The notes under the pieces: generated by a model
Told to the model about the DNA's origin: nothing
The model's database searches: none
The model's input: only the letters and a program-made list of their open reading frames with translations
Shown: positions 25,351 through 39,670 of the stretch, piece by piece
Layout of the letters: every line of letters starts with the position of its first letter
Numbering within the stretch: the stretch's first letter is position 1
Assembly: GCF_036321535.1 (NCBI RefSeq)
Contig: NC_087437.1
Span: 98,334,001 to 98,398,000 of the forward strand
Direction: 5' to 3'
Length of the DNA stretch: 64,000 nt
DNA from: Camelus dromedarius
Taxonomy: Eukaryota
Program-made: the position numbers and the translations under genes

Positions 25351-28199
25351 GACTCCAGGCAAGGGCAGGGACGCACAGAATCTCGCTACCCATTTCCTTG
25401 CATGTAGATTTCCCCTCCAGCATTTTCTTTTTGCAAACCTAAAATCCTTTAAAATAGCCATAACTTAAAAAGTGTAGATACTTTTCTACTTTTCATGGAG
25501 ACCCCAAATGCATTGCTTCTTGACAGGAGGAAAACCTTTCAGAATAATACGTCTAGTTAATTCTAAACTGTCCTTAAACAATCCATCATGTTATCCCCTC
25601 AAACTTAAATTTAAGTGTGCCCCCCCAAATTCCAAAATATCAGTTCAAATAATCACACTTTAAATATTATATCCATCTTCCTGAACTACTTGCCCTGGTT
25701 CTACTTCACTCACACTTATAGGGAAACACCTTCTTTAAAAGGCAACTGGGTGTGAATTCTGAGAATACTTAGGCTAAGATCATAATGAAGTTAAATTTAT
25801 CTGCATGATGTCATTTTGTGTATAAAGAAATAACTGCAAAATGTGCTTCTACATATGATATACACAAAAAAGTATCAACTATAAAATTACTCTCTTAGAT
25901 TATTCCGCTCTAATCCTACAGAGGTGATATGCATTGTCTCAAGCTTAGAAAGCCAATTCATCTGGACTCTATCCAGCTAACGTCTGGTAGTCAGCTCTCA
26001 CAGGCAACAGATGAGGAACAAAACTGGGAAACAAGTCCCATGAAGGAGAAAAAGTCCAATATGGCTATTAAGTGATTATTGACACAGTTACACTGTGCCT
26101 TAAAAAAGTCGTATGTTCAAACAACTTTCTTAAAGTCCATTTTAAACCAAAATTACTTCTTCCCCCCTTAGGGAAAAAACACGTATCTTTCTACACCAAT
26201 TCTTTGAAAGCTGAGAAACCTGAGTGGCGTGTACTATATTTTCTAAAGTACGCAGGGCAAATTGCTTTACTGGAATTCCAAGTCACAAATGGGAAAAAGT
26301 GAGGAAGAAAAGGTGAGGCAATAAAGAAGCACTTCATTCACCCTCCTCCACCACATTATAAATAAATCACAGTTGCCAGCAGAAAAAGTTTCTAATTCTT
26401 AGTTCCTAAGCCAAGCCATTTGATAAAAATTTCCAGGAGATAAATATCGGGGGTGGGGGGGGGACTTGCTCATTAAAAGTTTATCCGAGAATTTGGGTTA
26501 TTAATTATATTTAATCCTTTTTAAGAAAATGGGCATTTACAAATTTTCTTAAGTTTAGAATGCAACCTTCTAAGTCAGACATAAGGAATTCAAAGAAAGA
26601 AATGGCAAGTAGACAGGAATGAAGGAGTTAATGTCTTTAGAATTCAGCTTCCATCATACATGGGTGACTATCTCTTTAAATAATTTAAATCCTCTCCATC
26701 AACTACAAAGCTGTTTTGAAGCCATTTAGCTTTGTTCTTTACATGTGTTCTAATTAAGAAATGACCTTGTCATCACACACACCAGAAATCCAGGATTATT
26801 TCCTACAGCAAAAATTCAGAGCCCCCAAAAAAAGAAAAAGAGGGGAAAAAAAGACTTCTTCCTCAGTTCCACACTAAAGGAAGTTGTTGGTTGGCTGAAC
26901 GCTGAAGCAGTTTCCCCGCATAATTTTTTTTTGTTGTTGAATGTCACAGGGCGGGTTAGTGTGACCTTGAGCTGCATCAGCAGCACAGCAAGGGTCGAGA
27001 TGCCTGCAGGCGCCCTTGTACTGGATTTGCAAGACAAAAACCTTCAAACTGGCTGAAGGACATCTTAAATCTCTTCAAAGGTTTTCCGAACTAATCTGGG
27101 CTGCTCTTAGCAGGATCTGTGCCAGTGCGAGAAGCAAAATTAAAAACAAGGTCTTTGACAGGATGTTGTCTCCTCTTAACCCTTCCCAAGCAGAACAGAA
27201 CAAATCACAAGCATTCTGGAGAGATGGTCAACCTAGGAGCATTCTCTCATAACAAATTCTGTAAGCAGGTGATCACAAAGGATGAGGCAGCTGATAGTCC
27301 TTAAAACTAAACCCTCCCATTGAGATTAAAGAATTCAGGGCAAATTTTTTTCTAGATCATATTTTAGTGCAGTGAATGTAAAACTTAAAGCTCTTTTCGT
27401 TATTGTTTAGATTTGCAGCAAGTAATAGATTAAGACTAAGGAAGCATTTCCATCAACATTAATCTTGAATTCTTTTTAAATAAGTTTTTAGCTGGTTAAA
27501 TCATACACTTCATGCATATTTCATGCAGCTTACTAAAACTAAAACAGGTAAAAAAATTACATATGTTTACTAAATTCCTTATTCCTAACAAAATGATGAA
27601 TACACTGTTAAGAGGGGGGAAAATCAGAATGGTGGAAGTGAGCATAAGCAAAACAAGACGAAACAATCCCGGTCCTGTTTTAAGAAATTAGCATGACATT
27701 TTGTTATTGTGTTGTAGCATTTCCAGCGCAGGGACCAAAAGATAATGTATTAATTTCAGCAGAGGGTGTGAGTCTTCCCTGGAATGCTGTTAAACTTTAA
27801 TTTAGTAGCTATAGCTCTCAAGAAATAATCTAGGGGGAAAAACAAACAAACAAACAAAAAACAGCTTTAGTACTTAAAATGCAATACCCTAAAAATCAGT
27901 GTATGTCCACCTATGACATTAGTTTGGCATCATCAGGTATACGATATGTCATAATTAGTTGAAAAGAGCATTTAGTGTAAGGCATAAACTTATTACGATC
28001 CAACAGATTGCAAATTATGCCCTTTTTTAAAAAACAAACTAAATGACTTCTAGATTATGTTGAGTGACAACCACAAATTCACTCACTTGAATTCAGAAAT
28101 GCTTTCCCAAGTGGGCTAGGAAAAAGGTAAAGTAATTTATCTGGTAAGCAGATAACATGAGAGTGAAAAGTACATGTGAATTTTTCTTCAGTCACTATG

Positions 28200-28720
28200 C
28201 CAAAGGAGACAGGGTACATACTGTGGTAACTGCTATGGCTGGAGTCTGTAAAAAGTGCTCTGGGAACAGAGTAGGCTGCAACTAAGTTTTCAGTTTACAT
28301 GTGTCTGTGCCCTAGGTGGTGGTCAGTGATGGTTAAAAAAAAATAAGCATGGGCTGGCCAGGCAGAAGAGAATGGCAGCCACTCTGGGCTACAAAAACAG
28401 TACTGAAAGGCAGAGAATTGCTGAGTGTGAGAACAGGAATCCGGTGGTCCAATGTGTCTGGAGATTAGGCTGAAAACACAATTAGGACCAAGGACTTTGA
28501 GTCAAGGTCATGCCAAGGAGCTGGCCTTTATCTGGAGGGCAGTGGAAGCTCTGCAGGCCTACGATTAAATGCATTTTAAAACACAAAAACAAAAACAGAA
28601 GCTGTAGAGTTACTGATGGCTTGGAGGGAAGAAGAAATTGAAATGAACTAGTGCAGAGAAGAAAACAGTCAAAATAAGGCAGGGGCAGGAGAGCTGAAGA
28701 AAAAGACAGCTCTGAAAAAC
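28200..28720 (-). mobile_element. Degraded L2
   Basis: Purine-rich 'aagtgctctgggaacagag...ccaggcagaagagaatggca...catgccaaggagctggcctttatctggagggcagtggaagc'. Confidence 0.6.
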
Positions 28721-29089
28721 AATGGTTTGATTATTCAGATAATTTATATAACACAAATAGTGCTATAAAATAGGATATTTTTAATAGTAAATTCATTAAA
28801 TCAAAAAAATAATTATAGTGTCTCAAGCCTAGGTTTGTAAAACACTGTAATATGATGTGTACAAAGTTTCAAGAAAACTAAGAACTACTGTAGAGGTATT
28901 TAACAGAGTCAGAATTGGAGATCTGAATTTTGTACATTTCAAACAATCTTCATTAAGTACTGGGTAAAGATTTTGCTTATTAAGGCAGCAACGTGTACTT
29001 TTTCAGAACAGTGTGATGGCATAGTTCCCTTGGCTTAAACCACAGTGTTGCTGTTGGAGCTCAGAGTTTCATCAACACTAATGAAAATC

Positions 29090-29140
29090 AAATTAACTCA
29101 GCAAATATTTATTGAGTGCCTACTATGTTTAGGACACAGA
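29090..29140 (-). mobile_element. L2 extreme 3' end
   Basis: 'actcagcaaatatttattgagtgcctactatgtttaggacac'. Confidence 0.75.
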
Positions 29141-30092
29141 ATTAAAAAATAAAAAGTCCCCAACATTCTATCAGCTTTGTGCTTCTTGTTTATCACTCAT
29201 AATGATAAGTCCCCAAACTACAGCTCACACCACGATGCCATGACACAGTAAAACGACTATGAGTACACAGAATCCTGAGCTGTCAGTGAATTCACGAGTA
29301 TGAACTAGCTGCCATCTTGGTATCCCCATGCAGTTGACAGGTACACAGTGCATTCCCAGAACTCTCCAGAAAGACCTAGTACCCACTTAATTTGAAAAGA
29401 GTCGTCAAATACTGTAGGAGACTGACTGTCCTGCTAAGACCTCAGAAAGAATTTAACAGAGTATCAGCCAAAGTAAGAGGGTAAGGAGTGAAAAAGAACA
29501 GGAGTCACCAGGGCCAAGCAACTATGTGCCAGAGAGCAGGCCGTACTCTCAGGAAAGGAGAGCCAGCGTCGGGGATCAGGTTGAGGCAAGTGGAGGGGAA
29601 GGTCAAACAAAGGAGAGAAGAAGAAAAGATTTTGAAGGGAAGACTTCTCACTCCCCAAAGAAGACAGAACTTTACTTTGCGAAATCATTAAGAAAATGAT
29701 CAAACCTCCAAACTCTCTGGAATCAGAAGAATCAGCACAGAAGTACTTGGAGGTTCCTAAGACATAAAACAGGCTAGCACTGGAAAGCCAGGGCACTGAC
29801 AGGGCATAACTGGGAATGACCTTACAGAGTAGCCACAAATAAAATGACTTCTCCTTGAGTAAGCATCTCCATCTTATAGTTGCCAAGCCAACTGTGGTAA
29901 TAGGTTCCAGCACATTCTATATCTAGACATTAATAGAAGAGTGGGTAACATGATAGGCCTTGCAGATATTTAAAAAACAAACAAACAAAAAACAATTTAC
30001 TAATCCACAAACACAAAAGTTAGGTTACAAAATTATTGAAATAAAAATACAGAATATTCTGTTGGCAGTTAGGCAATTGAATTCCTGTAAAG

Positions 30093-30412
30093 CAGCAGTT
30101 CTCAAAGTGTGGTCCGGGGACCCCGAATGATGTGAGGTCAAGGCTGCTTTCGCAGTACTAACCTGTTACCTGCTTTCGTTTCTCTCCTGAGTCTGTAGTG
30201 GAGTTGTCTAAGGTCTTTTTACCACGTGTCACTGTGCTGGTGGCTACTGTAATGCATCCTTGTGTACTCTTGCGTTTTAAAATCTTTCTCAGTTTGAATT
30301 TCTAATATGGTAAATATGGGTTGATATGACCCTCAGGAACAAAAAGTCTCCTGGGTCCTCAATAACCTAAGGGCACAAAGGGGTCCTAGACCAAGAACTT
30401 TGAGAGCTGCTG
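30093..30412. mobile_element. hAT-Charlie non-autonomous DNA transposon (Charlie4a-like, internally deleted)
   Basis: Terminal inverted repeats 'cagcagttctcaaagt' (30093-30108) and 'actttgagagctgctg' (30397-30412) match at 15/16. Internal 'gtgtggtccggggacccc' and 'gggtcctcaataa...aaaggggtcct' are family-typical. Confidence 0.85.
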
Positions 30413-30699
30413 CTGGTCTACTAACGCAGAGAGTCAAGAAGCATAATCTTGGTTTTAATCCTCAAATGAAATCTCTACTTTCGAATTTTCAAGAATTTAC
30501 ACTATAACTGTGATGGATAAATACTGTTCTCTGTGCAGAAATATTTCTAAAACTCCAGTGGGAAAAGAACAACCCTTTAAAAAAGAAGGCTCGGAGATAC
30601 AGGGGATATGGAGTGTTTCCACCTTTGGACAGCCACCGCTCTTCTGAATTTACCACAGAAGAAGTAACAACTCCACAAATATTTACAAAGGAATGGCTG

Positions 30700-31200
30700 T
30701 GTGTTGAGTGTTGAAGACAGAAGGATAACTAAGTGATACACCAGCCTTGAGTGGGCCCGCAATCTTGTCAGGTAAAAAGATAATCAGCAACATAATGAGA
30801 TACCACCATATGAGAAGGCATGAACACAGTGGAAAAAGCATGGAAGGGCAAATTCCTAGGAAGAAGATGGTGTGAAAAGGCAGGCGACACTTTTTCGAGT
30901 GAAGGTATTCCACAGAGGTGGCATACCAACTGACTCTAAGAATAAGTACGGCTTTGACAATCAGAAAAGAAGCTAAAAGATCCTTTAGGTAGTGAGAGGA
31001 GCGTCCGTCCCCAGCAGAGAAGCACAGCAGTACAGGGTATGTTCTAGAAACTTTAAGTAAGCTACTTGAAGAACAAAAAATTACAAGTGATTAGAAACTT
31101 TTATACAGTTTGACAAAGTAATCTGATGGCTTTTGAATTTAATGATGAAAGATTTGGACTTATATTTTGTATATATCTTCCTTAATTTCCAGCCTGCCAT
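30700..31200 (-). mobile_element. Degraded L2
   Basis: 'ttccacagaggtggcata...ctgactctaagaataagta...aagatttggacttatattttgta' resembles antisense L2c/d. Confidence 0.45.
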
Positions 31201-34200
31201 AGACAGAAGCTTTTAAAAAATACAATAAGAATGATTTACTAGAATAATGAAGTGAAGACAACTAAACAAAAACTGGTCCTTCACGACAAATATTTTGAGA
31301 AGCTTAGTGGACAGGCTGCAAGATGGCAGGGAGGAGGAGTGGCAACAAAAAGCTTCCAGCTAGAAGCTTGCATAGATTGGACTATTAACAATTGCTCTAT
31401 CAAGTAAATGCAAAAAAGAAAATAAATAGGGCTTGAAAATTACTAGTACATCTCTAATCCAGAATGGGGAAATTCTAATTATCTAAATAAGGAACATAAT
31501 AAGGTCTACTGTTAGAATCACACCAGTTTCAGATGTGCAAACCATAGGCCGCATGGCTCAAGGGCAGATACAGCAGAGAATCAAGGAGAATATCAGATTT
31601 ACCGCAGTTAATTTAAGTAAAGAGACAAGGGTCTGTGTAAGAAGAGAAAGTGAGATGACACTTTAATCAACACGTTTTAAAATTATTTTAATTACCTCAT
31701 TTGAAGACTTTCATGGGAAAGAAGAAAAACTTAGTTGGCACAGAGACTTGGTATAGTGGGGGTTTTCCTCCCCAAATGATGTTAGTCATATCAATGAAGG
31801 TATTAAGTAAAAGACGTAAGGAAAATCAAGTCTTTAAAGACACCAAATTCAGAAAAAAATGTTAATTATATTAGTTTCCTATTATAATGGTAAATTAGGA
31901 TTATTTGAGGAAGGTCTGTTACTTTTCTATGGTCATTATGCTACTGGGATTGCTGAATTATTCTGGTCAAAGAAGTAACACAGCAAACTGAAGTTCTGGG
32001 AAAATCGAGTGTCTGTGAGAGCGGGGGGCTAGGACATTAGTTGAGCGGTGTGGCAGCACCAGGGCTCCGGATTGAGAAATGAACTCTGAACCAAAGTGCT
32101 GGCCATGGCAAAGGAGGCTAAAGAACTAAAGGACGGGTAGAAGCTGCGCTGGAACCCAGCAATGCTCCTTTTGAGCCGAACATCCAAATTTTCCTGCCCA
32201 GGCGGTCATCCACAAAACAAGGGAAACATCAGTAAAATAGCCACGTGAGTTTATGGAAATTAACCCCAAATAAAATGACTCACCCAGATTCTGGACTGAT
32301 CTTGGTTTCACCACTACTATGTCCTCCCTGAAAACCTCGTGTAAAACTTTAAACACTTTATCAAAACGGTATTTTTAAAATTAAAAACCTTACTTTGAGT
32401 AGTGTTTTGGAGGAAGTCTGGGAAGCCTTTCCATCTTGACAATTAGCCTCACTTTACCAACCTGGTAACCCAATCTGCTAGAACCAGCTAAATCACTGGA
32501 CCACATTTTCATCTCTCCACAAAGATACTATCTCTGACATAAAAGCTTTAACACTTAAGACATCTGCTGAAATAGTCAATGACAGTGTAATTGAACTAGA
32601 AAAAATATATACAAAAAAGAACTCTTCCCAGTGAGAAATCATGAGCTGTAACAACAAAAACTCCACTAAGAGAGAAAATGAGTATATTAAAATGTTTAAA
32701 GCTAAATTGATTTATGGTCAATTATTTAATTCTACCCAGATATCAACTTTTTGTATTATCAATATTTATCAAAATTAGTTAATAAATGTTACACACTGAG
32801 ATGAACAGAGCACAGAAAGTACGTGGAGTTCTCTAAAACACAAGAGAGTGATTTTGTTGGTATACAAGATGACTATTTCTTTCAAAAGGGAGAGTTACCA
32901 AGTGAGCAAGGGAAATCTTGGTCTAAGACACTAAAGAGATTTATAGAAACTTCATGTTTCATATGGTTTGAAATATTCAATTAATCAAATTATTTTCCTT
33001 TTTTTCCAAATCACCCTCCTTGGCCTCTCATTCAGGACATTACTGTACTTAAAAATATAACATGAATGGTTTCAGAGTGCAGCTGTATGACAAACTATGC
33101 CAAAACTTCATGAAATATATTAGCTTAGAGTCTTCAATTGTATTCTGTCATATACTAGATATATTCAAGATTTTCTTTTTGGAGACTGCCAGTCTACTGG
33201 CTAATGGCAGGTCTAGCGAATAGATACTATATACTATGGTTCAACATCTCTCAATCTTATTTGACCACGGGCTCCTCATTCAAAAGGAAGAACTTTAACA
33301 AGATGTTTTAGAAAATACACACTTAACACATTCATTTTTTAAATCTTGAAACATTTTTAGATCTATGTAAATGATATGGATAATCACTAATAATTCATTT
33401 TTAATTGCTTTCAAAGTTGTTCACAATATATCCTAAAGAATCTATCTTCTTTTCTATCTGGAAGAAAGATCTAAATTTGATCATTTTTCAAGGACAACTT
33501 GTTAGCTATGTATATTTACCATCTGCTATCTATGGTGTATTTACAACTGTCATAAGTGTTTGATGCTTACCACAAAACAAGGGCGATGACAAATTAAAAA
33601 CAACAACAAACAAGATATAATTGTGAGTCACAAGAATATGCATGATTATAATTTTCATTTTAACAAAATTAAAAGTTGAGAATAGGGGTTCAATATCAAA
33701 TATGCCTCATCAAATAAAAAAGCAGATTTCAGACTATCACATAGACATTAACACATAATTATACCTGAATGAAAGAACTTTTAATATTTATAAATAAAAG
33801 CCTGGTTGATTTAAAATCTTAATTTTTAGAAAAAATAATGTATGAATATGTGAAGAATAACTAGCAACCAAATAATTACTAGTAAGTTAATAGTCTTTTT
33901 GTTTAATAATTTTGTAGTGTTTTAAAAATATTCTTGCTGAAATTACAAGAAAGAATAAGTCGAGTAATTAAAATAAAAGATAAGTAGAATGATTACATAA
34001 AAACTTCATCACTAGGTTTCCTGAATATAATCAGAACAGTGAAGGAAAAGGAGTTAGCTCTCCCAGTGTGCCAGCCATATTATGCCTATAGGTAAAGAAC
34101 AAATTTGGCTCAAAGCTGCCATTCCCCTTTTGAAACATCATGGCCCATGAAAACATCATGAATCTTAGGATATTCTATCTGCTCTCTCTCTTCTGACCAG

Positions 34201-35669
34201 AGGTTTCAATTAGCTGAATCTTCACAACTAATTATAAGCACAAAAATCAATCGCTGTGCCTTTTCCCAGTTTACTTCTTGCTCTTCTGCCCAGGCAGGAG
34301 CAGCCTAAGGCCCAAGAGCTTGAGACATGACAATCTCATCTAGGTCGTAGCTCCACTAGAAAACAAGAGGGTTAATCCAAGCAGAATGAGCCACTCATTC
34401 ATCTTTCTGTTGTGCTTCCCACCTACTTGTGATAATTTAATCAGATTTTAAAACCATTTCTCAGAAATGCTGATGTACTACCATGCCTTGTAAGAGGTAA
34501 CCATTTTATATAATTCAGAAAGTAATCACTGACTTAAACTGTAATAAACCCACAATAACCAAACATACTTGTATTTTTCCCTCAAAGCAATAATCAACTT
34601 CTTATCTCAAATCAGATTGTTATTTTAGGTTTTGTGTTAATTGTCCATGTTCCCTGAGTTCTGGCAAAAACAAATTAAATATCATCAGCATAAATGCTAT
34701 TCCTCTTTCAAGCATCTCAGTCCCTCTATCTAGAAGTAATCTGCAGTTTTGAATTGTCAAGAATACTGTTTGTGTCTTTCTTATGGCATTTAACCTCTTT
34801 CTACTGTTTGATTATATTTATTTACCTATATTTATTCTTTCCCCTAAGTTCCTTAGTTATAGGATTGTATCTTATTTATTCACTTAAAAAAAAACACACA
34901 CGTTGCCTAATGAAATAATTTGCAGAGATAAATGCACAAAACACTAATCTGGTGATTATAAGCTAATTTATAAACAAGAAAGAATTGTCTGAAATATATT
35001 AACGTCACAATGATTAAGCCTTAAGAACTCAGAAAAAATATTCTCACCATTGTCTCTAAGATATGAGTCTCTGCTTTCTGAGAAAGGAAACTGAGAAGGC
35101 TGCTGAAAAGTAGCTCTGATGTCATCTGGAGTCTTCAGATTCCCCGCTCCTCCTCCTTCAACCTAGTGAGTATCTTAAGAAGAGGAAAAAGATAGTTTGC
35201 CATCTACTCCAAACCAGATTCTGGAATATCTTTTGTGAAGTTATGTAAACTTTTCCCAGTATCTTTTTTGTTCAAGTTCAATGCAGAAAAGAGTCATTTG
35301 ACACAGAAATATGGATTGCTTATGAAATATAACTTGGTCATAAAAGGAAAGCAACAGATCTTGCTTTCTAGACAATATATTTACTTGATAAAAGTAGATG
35401 CTTCAACAACAACAAAAAACTGAAAAAGATTTATAGTTGCTACGATGTACTTATTAAACTTCGTGAATTTCCAATTTCTGTCAAATTAATTCAATTAAGT
35501 TACATCTAAAAATTCTAAATCTTCCCAAAACTTTATTTCCAAAATGGAAAAATAAAAGGAAAAAAAAGGAAGAAAAAACCAGCTTGTTTCCTTCATATTA
35601 AGTTTTTTCTGTTTCAAAATACTACCTATGTAACCTTCCCAGAACACAATTTGGTAATAAATACCAAAT

Positions 35670-36157
35670 GGTTTATGTCCATAGAAAAGACTTGTACACC
35701 AATGTCTAAAGCAGTTTTATTTTTAATAGCCAAAAACTGGAAACAACACAAATGCCTATCAACAGGTGAGTGAATCACGGTATAGCCATATAATGGAACA
35801 TTTACTACACAAGTAACAAAAAAGGATATACTATTGACATAAACAACAACATGGATGAATTTCAAAATAATTATGCTGAGTACAAGAACTCAGACAAAAA
35901 GGAATATAGAGTGTGTGATTTCATTTGCATAAAAATGTAGAAAATACAAATTAATCTATAGGGAGCATAAACAGATCTCAGCGGTTGCCTGGGGACAGAG
36001 GAGTGAAAAGGGACAGGAAGGAAGGATTATAAAACAGCATTATCTTACTGTGGTGATGGCTTCATGGGTGTATATATTTGTCAAAAATTATCAAATTGTA
36101 CACTTAAATATATGCAGTTTATTACATGTCAGTTATACCTCAATAAAGCTAAAAAAC
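35670..36157 (+). mobile_element. Old L1M (L1MC/MD-type) ORF2 end and 3'UTR
   Basis: 'aagacttgtacac...aatagccaaaaactggaaacaac...aacatggatgaatttcaaaataattatgctgag...aattgtacacttaaatatatgcagtttatt...tatacctcaataaagct'. Confidence 0.9.
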
Positions 36158-36179
36158 ATTATTTCTTAAAATGCTATAT

Positions 36180-36520
36180 GCCCACTAATGTAGCAAGTCC
36201 AACATTTATCCTAATTAACAAGAAATTGAGGATATATACAAATATTTAGCCATAAGCATATTATTATATACTATGTAGCCATTAAAATATCACATAAGGA
36301 AATTAAGTTTATGGAATAATATACTACATTATATATTAAGTGATAAAAATAGGAAACAGAACATTATGTTCAGTATAAGTGAATTTCTGTCTTAAAATTA
36401 TACAAAAATAGATGTTGCAGTTATTTTTGCAGTTAGAGGTAATTTTTATTTTTCCTTTCTGCTGATTTATATTTTCCAGTTTCTTTACAATAAACATGTA
36501 TTTCTTTTATAATAAATAAA
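36180..36520 (+). mobile_element. Very degraded L1ME-type 3' fragment
   Basis: 'atactatgtagccattaaaa...atattaagtgataaaa...ttttccagtttctttacaataaacatgtatttcttttataata'. Confidence 0.55.
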
Positions 36521-36699
36521 ACAAATTAATGGATGAAAATAGCAATAGTCTCCCACTGTCCATTCCCTAGCACAAGTATAAAACAAACAGGGTTCTGGGT
36601 TATCATGTCACCCTCACCAGCGACCTACCAACTGGTAGTGAGAAAAGGGCAGGCCTGACAGGACAAACTGGAGCCACAATTAGTAAGCTACATGCTTCA

Positions 36700-36865
36700 C
36701 CAGTTACAAAGCACTCTCATGGACATGACCTCATTTGATCTTCATAACTCAGTGAAACAAGCAGAGAAGGCACTGTCCCATTTTATGGAGGGAAACAATG
36801 AGTAGGGCTGGTTAAGTGTCATGTCCAAAATTACAGATCTCAGATTCAAATTGAGCCTCGACTAT
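36700..36865 (-). mobile_element. MIR SINE
   Basis: 'tacaaagcactctcat...ctcatttgatcttcataac...cccattttatggagggaaac...ggttaagtgtcatgtccaaa'. Confidence 0.75.
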
Positions 36866-37524
36866 AAATTCTAAGAAGAATTCTAAGAGGAGTAGGGAAA
36901 AATCACTTTTCCTGATAATTTGTAACTGCAAGGCAGTGCTTTACATGTGAAGTTAAAAATAATCATATTTACAATCATTTTAGTATTTCTATTAGAATGT
37001 GCCAGCGGCCTTGGAAATTTTCTAAATTCCCAGTCCCCAACCTCAGAAGCTATACTCAAGACAACCCCATCCTGCCCCTTGTCAACAGTATCTACTAAAG
37101 CACTGAAATTCAAATAAAATTTAATTGTTCAATGTTTAATCACACTTCTTTTCTTCTTAGAAAAAAAAAGTATTATCTTTTAATTTAAAGTTGAAAAAGA
37201 AAGTAACCATAACTATATTTATGAATGCTGGGAATAGTAACCTACAAGTTGATGCCAAAAGGTATAACTAACTTAGTGGTACTTTAAAATACCACCTTTC
37301 TGGCTGTATCTTTTTTGGCACATGAGCATACAAGAAATAGTCTCCAAACAGGCATATTCAATGAAGAAAATGACCAACTCCTGACAAAAAATAAAACTAA
37401 ACATCTTTGGAGAAACATTATTAATGGGCTGGCTGGGATCTGCTCATGACACCTTGAAGCATAAGGGACCCTTACAGCTACCCCTCTTCCAACACTCTCA
37501 GGACTGTGAGGGACTTAGATAGAA

Positions 37525-37700
37525 GGTACTGAGAGCTTTCACGTACTGGGCAGTTACTACGTGTCAGACACTGCCCTCAGTCCTTTATATGCAACCCTAT
37601 GAGAAGACGATTCTCCTCCTCATTTTATAGATGAGGAAACTGAGTTTAAGTACCCCAAATCACAAAACTAGGAAGAACTTACGAGTGGAACTCAAACTCT
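37525..37700 (-). mobile_element. MIR SINE
   Basis: 'ttactacgtgtcagacactg...caaccctatgag...cctcattttatagatgaggaaactgag'. Confidence 0.85.
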
Positions 37701-38299
37701 GAAAACTAGCCAGGGCCTTGACAGCTCTCTGGAACGTAACTCCTGACTTTTCTCTACTGCTACCCACTTGCCATGGTCTTGATCCAGGTAGCACAGGACA
37801 CCTGGTAATAGTATATAAAGTTCATGAGTCTACATTTTTTCATGTAGAAAGTAAAAAATATTCAGGGCCCACAGGTTATGTCTGATATTTTGCCACATTC
37901 TAGAATTGTTTCTTTTAACGGTTGGTCTCTATTAAAGCATTATCATAACCCTTCTGAGCTAAATACATGACCACATGAAAGATAAACTAAAAATATATTT
38001 AAATAAAAACTAGCAAAATATAATATAAACCAGTATCACAGATTAACATTTACAAATTGTCTAATATTAATATATGGAAAAATTAGCCTTAAGTCCAAAT
38101 CAAGGAAACTGAAAATACCAATGTATTGTGAATCATGAAAGAAAGAAGGATGTCTATGAATAATAAAACATTTAAATAACTTTGTTATAATTCTGTTGTG
38201 GGATATTATACGATGATTAAAATGTATGTTTCCAAAAAATATTTAATGACATAGCAAAATGACTGGAATATGACTGCTAAGAAAGCAAGATACTAAACT

Positions 38300-38378
38300 A
38301 TTCATTTGTTACCTGAACAAATTTTAGGGGCTAGACACAGTGCTAGGTGTTAGAATTACAAAGTGAACAAGACAAGTG
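38300..38378 (-). mobile_element. L2 extreme 3' end
   Basis: 'ttcatttgtt...ctagacacagtgctaggtgttagaattacaaagtgaacaagaca'. Confidence 0.65.
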
Positions 38379-38387
38379 CAATTGAAC

Positions 38388-38897
38388 AGAAAACCTGTAT
38401 TGCATGCTCACAACAGCACTATTCAGAAATTGGAAACAACCTAGGTGTCCATCAACCAATGAATAAACAAAATGTGAAACATTCAATACAATGGAATATT
38501 ATTCAGCCATAAAAAGGAGTGAACCACTGTTGCATGCTACAATATAAACAAATCTTAGAAATTATTATGCTCAGTGAAAGTAGCCAGTCACAAAAAAAAC
38601 CCATGTGTTACATGATTCCATGTATGTGAAATGTCCAGAACAAGCAAATTCAGAGAAAGAGAATAGACTGGTAGCTGCCTAGGGTTGGGGATGGAGGAGG
38701 ATAAGAATGGGGAGTGACTGTTAATGGGTATGGGGTTCCTTTTAGGGTCATGAAAATGTTCAAAAATTCAATTGTGGTATTGGTTGCACACCTATGTGAC
38801 TATAAAGAACACTTTAAATGGGTGACTTTTATGGTATGTGTATTATATCTCAATAAAACTATATCTTAAAATTATATCTCAATAAAACTATAAAAAA
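38388..38897 (+). mobile_element. L1MB-type 3' end
   Basis: 'tggaaacaacctaggtgtccatcaac...tacaatggaatattattcagccataaaaagga...tgaaatgtccagaa...ggggagtgactgttaatgggtatggggtt...tatatctcaataaa'. Confidence 0.9.
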
Positions 38898-39552
38898 TAG
38901 AGATGACTATCTACCGAGAACTTATTAAAACATCAAAAGTGATTTCAGAGTAAAAACCTGGCCTTTTAATCTTGGTTATTTGCTTTTGAGCATGTCTGAC
39001 ATCTAATCTGAACAGGTTTTAGTATTCAATTCATTGTGACTAAATATAAATCACATTAAAAAAGTCAACTGCATTTTTACACACCAGTAAAAAACAGAAA
39101 ATAACATTTAAAAAATATCCAACAAGAAATGTACCTAAAGAATGAAAGCACCTTAAATATACTGCAAGTTCCATATGGAGAAAATACACTGAAAGACATA
39201 TTTAATGTATTTAACAACCTAAATATGACAAATAGGATGACACACCATGCTCCTGATAGAAAAATTCAATACCATAAAATGACAGTCTCCTCAAATTTAA
39301 CTAATACATTGAAAGCAATGCCAATCTAAATCCAAAGGTTTTATAAGTTGATTCTAAAATTTACAATGGAACAGCAAAAGCCAGTAACAGACAAGCCTCA
39401 GTCAGAAAAACAATACAATTGGGAACTTACTCTACCTACACAGAGACTTATTATAAAGCTCTACCCATTAAGCTAGTGTGCTCCTAGAAAAGAAACCAAC
39501 CAACCACCAGAGAAGAAACAGACCTTCACACATAAGGAAAATGATATTTAAC

Positions 39553-39670
39553 TTTACTTTTTACTTTTTTTTTTGTTTGTTTCCTGGCAGGGGGATGTAA
39601 TTAGGTTTATTTATTTATTTACTTTTTAGAGGATTGAACTCTACCACTTTGAGCTATACCCTCCCCCTCA
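39553..39670 (-). mobile_element. Camelid tRNA-Ala-derived SINE (Vic-type), internally deleted, with 16-bp target-site duplication
   Basis: Minus strand 'ggggagggtatagctcaaagtggtagagttcaatcc...aaataaataaataaacctaattacatccccc' plus A-tail. Perfect TSD 'gaaaatgatatttaac' at 39537-39552 and 39671-39686. Confidence 0.9.

Noticed and set aside
26449..26463. G-runs as G-quadruplexes (also 55167-55184)
   Set aside because: Only two or three separate G-tracts, better explained as homopolymer slippage. The second lies within an L1 remnant.
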